Shown one piece after another: positions 54,631 to 64,000 of a stretch of DNA of 64,000 nucleotides (position 1 is its first letter; the number at the start of each line of letters is the position of its first letter). Origin of the DNA: Eledone cirrhosa. Lineage: Eukaryota. The translations under genes and the position numbers were made by a program. Under the pieces are notes generated by a model. The model made no database searches and was not told the origin of the DNA. It worked only from the letters and a program-made list of their open reading frames with translations. Where the stretch lies: the NCBI GenBank assembly GCA_964016885.1, contig OZ024758.1, positions 33,852,001 to 33,916,000 on the forward strand. Direction: 5' to 3'.

Positions 54631-56300
54631 CATGGTATTAGCTGTCAGAAGTAACTCCACTGTTGGTGAGAATTCATTTAAGTTCATGGTACTAGCTGTC
54701 AGAAGTAACTCCACTGTTGGTGAGAATTCATTTAAGTTCATGGTACTAGCTGTCAGAAGTAACTCCACTGTTGGTGAGAATTCATTTAAGTTCATGGTAC
54801 TAGCTGTCAGAAGTAACTCCACTGTTGGTGAGAATTCATTTAAGTTCATGGTACTAGCTGTCAGAAGTAACTCCACTGTTGGTGAGAATTCATTTAAGTT
54901 CATGGTATTAGCTGTCAGAAGGAACTCCATTGTTGGTGAGAATTCATTTAAGTCATGGTACTAGCTGTCAGAAGTAACTCCACTGTTGGTGAGAATTCAT
55001 TTAAGTTCATGGTACTAGCTGTCAGAAGTAACTCCAATGTTGGTGAGAATTCATTTAAGTTCATGGTATTAGCTGTCAGAAGTAACTCCACTGTTGGTGA
55101 GAATTCATTTAAGTTCATGGTACTAGCTGTCAGAAGTAACTCCACTGTTGGTGAGAATTCATTTAAGTTCATGGTATTAGCTGTCAGAAGTCACTCCAAT
55201 GTTGGTGAGAATTCATTTAAGTTCATGGTATTAGCTGTCAGAAGTCACTCCACTGTTGGTGATAATTCATTTAAGTTCATGGTACTAGCTGTCAGAAGTA
55301 ACCCGAATGTTGGTGAGAATTCATTTAAGTTCATGGTATTAGCTGTCAGAAGTCACTCCAATGTTGGTGAGAATTCATTTAAGTTCATGGTATTAGCTGT
55401 CAGAAGTAACTCCACTGTTGGTGAGAATTCATTTAAGTTCATGGTATTAGCTGTCAGAAGTAACTGCACTGTTGGTGAGAATTCATTTAAGTTCATGGTA
55501 TTAGCTGTCAGAAGTAACTCCACTGTTGGTGAGAATTCATTTAAGTTCATGGTATTAGCTGTCAGAAGGAACTCCAATGTTGGTGAGAATTCATTTAAGT
55601 CATGGTACTAGCTGTCAGAAGTAACTCCACTGTTGGTGAGAATTCATTTAAGTTCATGGTATTAGCTGTCAGAAGGAACGCCACTGTTGGTGAGAATTCA
55701 TTTAAGTTCATGGTATTAGCTGTCAGAAGTAACTCCACTGTTGGTGAGAATTCATTTAAGTTCATGGTACTAGCTGTCAGAAGTAACTCCAATGTTGGTG
55801 AGAATTCATTTAAGTTCATGGTACTAGCTGTCAGAAGTAACTCCACTGTTGGTGAGAATTCATTTAAGTTCATGGTACTAGCTGTCAGAAGTAACTCCAA
55901 TGTTGGTGAGAATTCATTTAAGTTCATGGTATTAGCTGTCAGAAGTAACTCCAATGTTGGTGAGAATTCATTTAAGTTCATGGTATTAGCTGTCAGAAGT
56001 AACTCCACTGTTGGTGAGAATTCATTTAAGTTCATGGTATTAGCTGTCAGAAGTAACTCCACTGTTGGTGAGAATTCATTTAAGTTCATGGTAATAGTTT
56101 GTCAGAAGTAACTCCACTGTTGGTGAGAATTCATTTAAGTCATGGTATTAGTTGTCAGAAGTAACTCCAATGTCGGTGAGAATTCATTTAAGTTCATGGT
56201 ACTAGCTGTCAGAAGTAACTCCACTGTTGGTGAGAATTCATTTAAGTTCATGGTATTAGCTGTCAGAAGTAACTCCACTGTTGGTGAGAATTCATTTAAG
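53010..56300. repeat. Tandem block duplication, period 1672 bp (31 monomers)
   Basis: ORF pairs 53283/54955, 53681/55353 and 53930/55602. Shared ACCCGAAT and CACTCCACTGTTGGTGATAAT variants. Confidence 0.85.
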
Positions 56301-58899
56301 TCATGGTATTAGCTGTCAGAAGTAACTCCATTGTTGGTGAAATTTCATTTAAGTCATGGTACTAGCTGTCAGAAGTAACTCCACTGTTGGTGAGAATTCA
56401 TTTAAGTTCATGGTACTAGCTGTCAGAAGTAACTCCACTGTTGGTGAGAATTCATTTAAGTTCATGGTACTAGCTGTCAGAAGTAACTCCACTGTTGGTG
56501 AGAATTCATTTAAGTTCATCGTACTAGCTGTCAGAAGTAACTCCAATGTTGGTGAGAATTCATTTAAGTTCATGGTATTAGCTGTCAGAAGTAACTCCAC
56601 TGTTGGTGAGAATTCATTTAAGTTCATGGTACTAGCTGTCAGAAGAAACTCCACTGTTGGTGAGAATTCATTTAAGTTCATGGTATTAGCTGTCAGAAGT
56701 CACTCCAATGTTGGTGAGAATTCATTTAAGTTCATGGTATTAGCTGTCAGAAGTCACTCCACTGTTGGTGAGAATTCATTTAAGTTCATGGTACTAGCTG
56801 TCAGAAGTAACCCCAATGTTGGTGAGAATTCATTTAAGTTCATGGTATTAGCTGTCAGAAGTCACTCCAATGTTGGTGAGAATTCATTTAAGTTCATGGT
56901 ATTAGCTGTCAGAAGTAACTCCACTGTTGGTGAGAATTCATTTAAGTTCATGGTATTAGCTGTCAGAAGTAACTCCACTGTTGGTGAGAATTCATTTAAG
57001 TTCATGGTATTAGCTGTCAGAAGTAACTCCACTGTTGGTGAGAATTCATTTAAGTTCATGGTATTAGCTGTCAGAAGGAACTCCAATGTTGGTGAGAATT
57101 CATTTAAGTCATGGTACTAGCTGTCAGAAGTAACTCCACTGTTGGTGAGAATTCATTTAAGTTCATGGTATTAGCTGTCAGAAGGAACGCCACTGTTGGT
57201 GAGAATTCATTTAAGTTCATGGTATTAGCTGTCAGAAGTAACTCCACTGTTGGTGAGAATTCATTTAAGTTCATGGTACTAGCTGTCAGAAGTAACTCCA
57301 ATGTTGGTGAGAATTCATTTAAGTCCATGGTATTAGCTGTCAGAAGGAACTCCACTGTTGGTGAGAATTCATTTAAGTTCATGGTATTAGCTGTCAGAAG
57401 TAACTCCACTGTTGGTGAGAATTCATTTAAGTTCATGGTACTAGCTGTCAGAAGTAACTCCACTGTTGGTGATAATTCATTTAAGTTCATGGTAATAGTT
57501 TGTCAGAAGTAACTCCACTGTTGGTGAGAATTCATTTAAGTCATGGTATTAGTTGTCAGAAGTAACTCCAATGTTGGTGAGAATTCATTTAAGTTCATGG
57601 TACTAGCTGTCAGAAGTAACTCCACTGTTGGTGAGAATTCATTTAAGTCATGGTATTAGCTGTCAGAAGTAACTCCATTGTTGGTGAGATTTCATTTAAG
57701 TCATGGTACTAGCTGTCAGAAGTAACTCCACTGTTGGTGAGAATTCATTTAAGTTCATGGTACTAGCTGTCAGAAGTAACTCCACTGTTGGTGAGAATTC
57801 ATTTAAGTTCATGGTACTAGCTGTCAGAAGTAACTCCACTGTTGGTGAGAATTCATTTAAGTTCATGGTACTAGCTGTCAGAAGTAACTCCACTGTTGGT
57901 GAGAATTCATTTAAGTTCATGGTACTAGCTGTCAGAAGTAACTCCAATGTTGGTGAGAATTCATTTAAGTTCATGGTATTAGCTGTCAGAAGTAACTCCA
58001 CTGTTGGTGAGAATTCATTTAAGTTCATGGTACTAGCTGTCAGAAGTAACTCCACTGTTGGTGAGAATTCATTTAAGTTCATGGTATTAGCTGTCAGAAG
58101 TCACTCCAATGTTGGTGAGAATTCATTTAAGTTCATGGTATTAGCTGTCAGAAGTCACTCCACTGTTGGTGAGAATTCATTTAAGTTCATGGTACTAGCT
58201 GTCAGAAGTAACCCCAATGTTGGTGAGAATTCATTTAAGTTCATGGTATTAGCTGTCAGAAGTCACTCCAATGTTGGTGAGAATTCATTTAAGTTCATGG
58301 TATTAGCTGTCAGAAGTAACTCCACTGTTGGTGAGAATTCATTTAAGTTCATGGTATTACCTGTCAGAAGTAACTCCACTGTTGGTGAGAATTCATTTAA
58401 GTTCATGGTATTAGCTGTCAGAAGTAACTCCACTGTTGGTGAGAATTCATTTAAGTTCATGGTATTAGCTGTCAGAAGGAACTCCAATGTTGGTGAGAAT
58501 TCATTTAAGTCATGGTACTAGCTGTCAGAAGTAACTCCACTGTTGGTGAGAATTCATTTAAGTTCATGGTATTAGCTGTCAGAAGGAACGCCACTGTTGG
58601 TGAGAATTCATTTAAGTTCATGGTATTAGCTGTCAGAAGTAACTCCACTGTTGGTGAGAATTCATTTAAGTTCATGGTACTAGCTGTCAGAAGTAACTCC
58701 AATGTTGGTGAGAATTCATTTAAGTTCATGGTATTAGCTGTCAGAAGGAACTCCACTGTTGGTGAGAATTCATTTAAGTTCATGGTATTAGCTGTCAGAA
58801 GTAACTCCACTGTTGGTGAGAATTCATTTATGTTCATGGTACTAGTTGTCAGAAGTAACTCCACTGTTGGTGAGAATATATTTAAGTTCATGGTATTAG

Positions 58900-61800
58900 T
58901 TGTCAGAAGTAACTCCACTGTTGGTGAGAATTCATTTAAGTCATGGTATTAGTTGTCAGAAGTAACTCCAATGTTGGTGAGAATTCATTTAAGTTCATGG
59001 TACTAGCTGTCAGAAGTAACTCGACTGTTGGTGAGAATTCATTTAAGTTCATGGTATTAGCTGTCAGAAGTAACTCCACTGTTGGTGAGAATTCATTTAA
59101 GTCATGGTATTAGCTGTCAGAAGTAACTCCATTGTTGGTGAGAATTCATTTAAGTCATGGTACTAGCTGTCAGAAGTAACTCCACTGTTGGTGAGAATTC
59201 ATTTAAGTTCATGGTACTAGCTGTCAGAAGTAACTCCACTGTTGGTGATAATTCATTTAAGTTCATGGTAATAGTTTGTCAGAAGTAACTCCACTGTTGG
59301 TGAGAATTCATTTAAGTCATGGTATTAGTTGTCAGAAGTAACTCCAATGTTGGTGAGAATTCATTTATGTTCATGGTACTAGCTGTCAGAAGTAACTCCA
59401 CTGTTGGTGAGAATTCATTTAAGTTCATGGTATTAGCTGTCAGAAGTAACTCCACTGTTGGTGAGAATTCATTTAAGTCATGGTATTAGCTGTCAGAAGT
59501 AACTCCATTGTTGGTGAGATTTCATTTAAGTCATGGTACTAGCTGTCAGAAGTAACTCCACTGTTGGTGAGAATTCATTTAATTTCATGGTACTAGCTGT
59601 CAGAAGTAACTCCACTGTTGGTGAGAATTCATTTAAGTTCATGGTACTAGCTGTCAGAAGTAACTCCACTGTTGGTGAGAATTCATTTAAGTTCATGCTA
59701 CTAGCTGTCAGAAGTAACTCCACTGTTGGTGAGAATTCATTTAAGTTCATGGTACTAGCTGTCAGAAGTAACTCCAATGTTGGTGAGAATTCATTTAAGT
59801 TCATGGTATTAGCTGTCAGAAGTAACTCCACTGTTGGTGAGAATTCATTTAAGTTCATGGTACTAGCTGTCAGAAGTAACTCCACTGTTGGTGAGAATTC
59901 ATTTAAGTTCATGGTATTAGCTGTCAGAAGTCACTCCAATGTTGGTGAGAATTCATTTAAGTTCATGGTATTAGCTGTCAGAAGTCACTCCACTGTTGGT
60001 GAGAATTCATTTAAGTTCATGGTACTAGCTGTCAGAAGTAACCCGAATGTTGGTGAGAATTCATTTAAGTTCATGGTATTAGCTGTCAGAAGTCACTCCA
60101 ATGTTGGTGAGAATTCATTTAAGTTCATGGTATTAGCTGTCAGAAGTAACTCCACTGTTGGTGAGAATTCATTTAAGTTCATGGTATTAGCTGTCAGAAG
60201 TAACTGCACTGTTGGTGAGAATTCATTTAAGTTCATGGTATTAGCTGTCAGAAGTAACTCCACTGTTGGTGAGAATTCATTTAAGTTCATGGTATTAGCT
60301 GTCAGAAGTAACTCCACTGTTGGTGAGAATTCATTTAAGTTCATGGTACTAGCTGTCAGAAGTAACTCCACTGTTGGTGAGAATTCATTTAAGTTCATGG
60401 TATTAGCTGTCAGAAGTAACTCCACTGTTGGTGAGAATTCATTTAAGTCATGGTATTAGCTGTCAGAAGTAACTCCATTGTTGGTGAGATTTCATTTAAG
60501 TCATGGTACTAGCTGTCAGAAGTAACTCCACTGTTGGTGAGAATTCATTTAAGTTCATGGTACTAGCTGTCAGAAGTAACTCCACTGTTGGTGAGAATTC
60601 ATTTAAGTTCATGGTACTAGCTGTCAGAAGTAACTCCACTGTTGGTGAGAATTCATTTAAGTTCATGGTACTAGCTGTCAGAAGTAACTCCACTGTTGGT
60701 GAGAATTCATTTAAGTTCATGGTACTAGCTGTCAGAAGTAACTCCAATGTTGGTGAGAATTCATTTAAGTTCATGGTATTAGCTGTCAGAAGTAACTCCA
60801 CTGTTGGTGAGAATTCATTTAAGTTCATGGTACTAGCTGTCAGAAGTAACTCCACTGTTGGTGAGAATTCATTTAAGTTCATGGTATTAGCTGTCAGAAG
60901 TCACTCCAATGTTGGTGAGAATTCATTTAAGTTCATGGTATTAGCTGTCAGAAGTCACTCCACTGTTGGTGAGAATTCATTTAAGTTCATGGTACTAGCT
61001 GTCAGAAGTAACCCCAATGTTGGTGAGAATTCATTTAAGTTCATGGTATTAGCTGTCAGAAGTCACTCCAATGTTGGTGAGAATTCATTTAAGTTCATGG
61101 TATTAGCTGTCAGAAGTAACTCCACTGTTGGTGAGAATTCATTTAAGTTCATGGTATTAGCTGTCAGAAGTAACTCCACTGTTGGTGAGAATTCATTTAA
61201 GTTCATGGTATTAGCTGTCAGAAGTAACTCCACTGTTGGTGAGAATTCATTTAAGTTCATGGTATTAGCTGTCAGAAGGAACTCCAATGTTGGTGAGAAT
61301 TCATTTAAGTCATGGTATTAGTTGTCAGAAGTAACTCCACTGTTGGTGAGAATTCATTTAAGTCATGGTATTAGTTGTCAGAAGTAACTCCAATGTTGGT
61401 GAGAATTCATTTAAGTTCATGGTACTAGCTGTCAGAAGTAACTCCACTGTTGGTGAGAATTCATTTAAGTTCATGGTATTAGCTGTCAGAAGTAACTCCA
61501 CTGTTGGTGAGAATTCATTTAAGTCATGGTATTAGCTGTCAGAAGTAACTCCATTGTTGGTGAGAATTCATTTAAGTCATGGTACTAGCTGTCAGAAGTA
61601 ACTCCACTGTTGGTGAGAATTCATTTAAGTTCATGGTACTAGCTGTCAGAAGTAACTCCACTGTTGGTGATAATTCATTTAAGTTCATGGTAATAGTTTG
61701 TCAGAAGTAACTCCACTGTTGGTGAGAATTCATTTAAGTCATGGTATTAGTTGTCAGAAGTAACTCCAATGTTGGTGAGAATTCATTTATGTTCATGGTA

Positions 61801-62710
61801 CTAGCTGTCAGAAGTAACTCCACTGTTGGTGAGAATTCATTTAAGTTCATGGTATTAGCTGTCAGAAGTAACTCCACTGTTGGTGAGAATTCATTTAAGT
61901 CATGGTATTAGCTGTCAGAAGTAACTCCATTGTTGGTGAGATTTCATTTAAGTCATGGTACTAGCTGTCAGAAGTAACTCCACTGTTGGTGAGAATTCAT
62001 TTAAGTTCATGGTACTAGCTGTCAGAAGTAACTCCACTGTTGGTGAGAATTCATTTAAGTTCATGGTACTAGCTGTCAGAAGTAACTCCACTGTTGGTGA
62101 GAATTCATTTAAGTTCATGGTACTAGCTGTCAGAAGTAACTCCACTGTTGGTGAGAATTCATTTAAGTTCATGGTACTAACTGTCAGAAGTAACTCCAAT
62201 GTTGGTGAGAATTCATTTAAGTTCATGGTATTAGCTGTCAGAAGTAACTCCACTGTTGGTGAGAATTCATTTAAGTTCATGGTACTAGCTGTCAGAAGTA
62301 ACTCCACTGTTGGTGAGAATTCATTTAAGTTCATGGTATTAGCTGTCAGAAGTCACTCCAATGTTGGTGAGAATTCATTTAAGTTCATGGTATTAGCTGT
62401 CAGAAGTCACTCCACTGTTGGTGAGAATTCATTTAAGTTCATGGTACTAGCTGTCAGAAGTAACCCGAATGTTGGTGAGAATTCATTTAAGTTCATGGTA
62501 TTAGCTGTCAGAAGTCACTCCAATGTTGGTGAGAATTCATTTAAGTTCATGGTATTAGCTGTCAGAAGTAACTCCACTGTTGGTGAGAATTCATTTAAGT
62601 TCATGGTATTAGCTGTCAGAAGTAACTGCACTGTTGGTGAGAATTCATTTAAGTTCATGGTATTAGCTGTCAGAAGTAACTCCACTGTTGGTGAGAATTC
62701 ATTTAAGTTC
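58900..62710. repeat. Block duplication, offset 2422 bp (45 monomers): ~58900-60290 and ~61320-62710
   Basis: ORF starts 59533/61955 and 60093/62515. Shared ACCCGAAT, AACTGCACT and TTTATGTTC markers in the same order. Confidence 0.78.
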
Positions 62711-64000
62711 ATGGTATTAGCTGTCAGAAGGAACTCCAATGTTGGTGAGAATTCATTTAAGTCATGGTACTAGCTGTCAGAAGTAACTCCACTGTTGGTG
62801 AGAATTCATTTAAGTTCATGGTATTAGCTGTCAGAAGGAACGCCACTGTTGGTGAGAATTCATTTAAGTTCATGGTATTAGCTGTCAGAAGTAACTCCAC
62901 TGTTGGTGAGAATTCATTTAAGTTCATGGTACTAGCTGTCAGAAGTAACTCCAATGTTGGTGAGAATTCATTTAAGTTCATGGTATTAGCTGTCAGAAGG
63001 AACTCCACTGTTGGTGAGAATTCATTTAAGTTCATGGTATTAGCTGTCAGAAGTAACTCCAATGTTGGTGAGAATTCATTTATGTTCATGGTACTAGTTG
63101 TCAGAAGTAACTCCACTGTTGGTGAGAATATATTTAAGTTCATGGTATTAGTTGTCAGAAGTAACTCCACTGTTGGTGAGAATTCATTTAAGTCATCGTA
63201 TTAGTTGTCAGAAGTAACTCCAATGTTGGTGAGAATTCATTTAAGTTCATGGTACTAGCTGTCAGAAGTAACTCCACTGTTGGTGAGAATTCATTTAAGT
63301 TCATGGTATTAGCTGTCAGAAGTAACTCCACTGTTGGTGAGAATTCATTTAAGTCAAGGTATTAGCTGTCAGAAGTAACTCCATTGTTGGTGAGAATTCA
63401 TTTAAGTCATGGTACTAGCTGTCAGAAGTAACTCCAATGTTGGTGAGAATTCATTTAAGTTCATGGTACTAGCTGTCAGAAGTAACTCCACTGTTGTTGA
63501 GAATTCATTTAAGTTCATGGTATTAGCTGTCAGAAGGAACTCCAATGTTGGTGAGAATTCATTTAAGTCATGGTACTAGCTGTCAGAAGTAACTCCACTG
63601 TTGGTGAGAATTCATTTAAGTTCATGGTATTAGCTGTCAGAAGGAACGCCACTGTTGGTGAGAATTCATTTAAGTTCATGGTATTAGCTGTCAGAAGTAA
63701 CTCCACTGTTGGTGAGAATTCATTTAAGTTCATGGTACTAGCTGTCAGAAGTAACTCCAATGTTGGTGAGAATTCATTTAAGTTCATGGTATTAGCTGTC
63801 AGAAGGAACTCCACTGTTGGTGAGAATTCATTTAAGTTCATGGTATTAGCTGTCAGAAGTAACTCCACTGTTGGTGAGAATTCATTTATGTTCATGGTAC
63901 TAGTTGTCAGAAGTAACTCCACTGTTGGTGAGAATATATTTAAGTTCATGGTATTAGTTGTCAGAAGTAAATCCACTGTTGGTGAGAATTCATTTAAGTC
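62710..64000. repeat. Block duplication, offset 806 bp (15 monomers), truncated by the window end
   Basis: Near-identical minus-strand ORFs 62757..63170 and 63563..63976 carry the same GGAACGCC ... TTTATG ... GAATATA series. Confidence 0.75.

Larger units (their letters stand above)
1..64000. repeat. 54-bp tandem satellite DNA array (~1,190 head-to-tail monomers, highly homogeneous, both ends outside the window)
   Basis: The unit ATGGTA(T/C)TAGCTGTCAGAAGTAACTCCA(C/A)TGTTGGTGAGAATTCATTTAAG(T)TC repeats from base 1 to base 64000 in one orientation. Monomers typically differ from consensus at 0-3 positions. A 53-bp variant lacks one T in AAGTTC. GAATTC is present in most monomers. Confidence 0.99.

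Noticed and set aside
78-63976. All ORFs in the six-frame track as protein-coding genes (including 452 aa at 34112-35470)
   Set aside because: They are pure translations of the 54-bp unit. They overlap on both strands, begin and end at recurrent 1-bp indels, and have no unique N- or C-terminal domains or flanking regulatory sequence.
1-64000. CRISPR array or CRISPR-like repeat-spacer system
   Set aside because: There are no unique spacers, because all 54 positions are conserved. There is no leader and no cas genes.
1-64000. Telomerase-type telomeric repeat, rDNA/5S/tRNA/snRNA tandem gene array, or iteron array
   Set aside because: The unit is too long and lacks G-runs for a telomerase repeat. 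It is too short for, and shows no recognisable similarity to, those RNA genes. There is no rep gene or unique origin sequence.
1-64000. CENP-B box
   Set aside because: The motif needs TTCG and CGGG cores, and the consensus contains no CpG.
1-64000. Synthetic concatemer, rolling-circle artefact or information-encoding variant code
   Set aside because: Variants are inherited in nested, collinear blocks with private SNVs, as expected from natural unequal exchange. Nothing needs a code to explain it, although local misassembly of near-identical blocks cannot be excluded without reads.
1-64000. Absence of CpG in the consensus as proof of a methylated (e.g. vertebrate) genome
   Set aside because: Only about 1.8 CpG are expected in a 54-mer with 8 C and 12 G, so zero is not significant and cannot assign taxonomy.

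Overview
The whole 64 kb window is one uninterrupted head-to-tail satellite array. The monomer is 54 bp, consensus ATGGTA(T/C)TAGCTGTCAGAAGTAACTCCA(C/A)TGTTGGTGAGAATTCATTTAAGTTC, about 37-39% GC, with one EcoRI site per consensus monomer. There are roughly 1,190 copies (64000/~53.8), and the array runs off both ends of the window. I saw no unique sequence, inversion, transposon insertion, RNA gene, CRISPR spacer or credible protein gene. The ORF track is an artefact: 54 is a multiple of 3, one frame on each strand is stop-free, and those frames are broken every 1-25 monomers by a recurrent 53-bp variant (AAGTTC>AAGTC). The real information lies in rare diagnostic variants. They show a modular higher-order grammar, nested kilobase-scale block duplications whose order can partly be reconstructed (e.g. 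7272-54+1238=8456), regional turnover of variants, and possible internal 18-bp and 10-bp subrepeats. This looks like eukaryotic heterochromatic or centromere-type satellite (inference). I do not recognise the family or species, and the sequence does not support a novel gene system.
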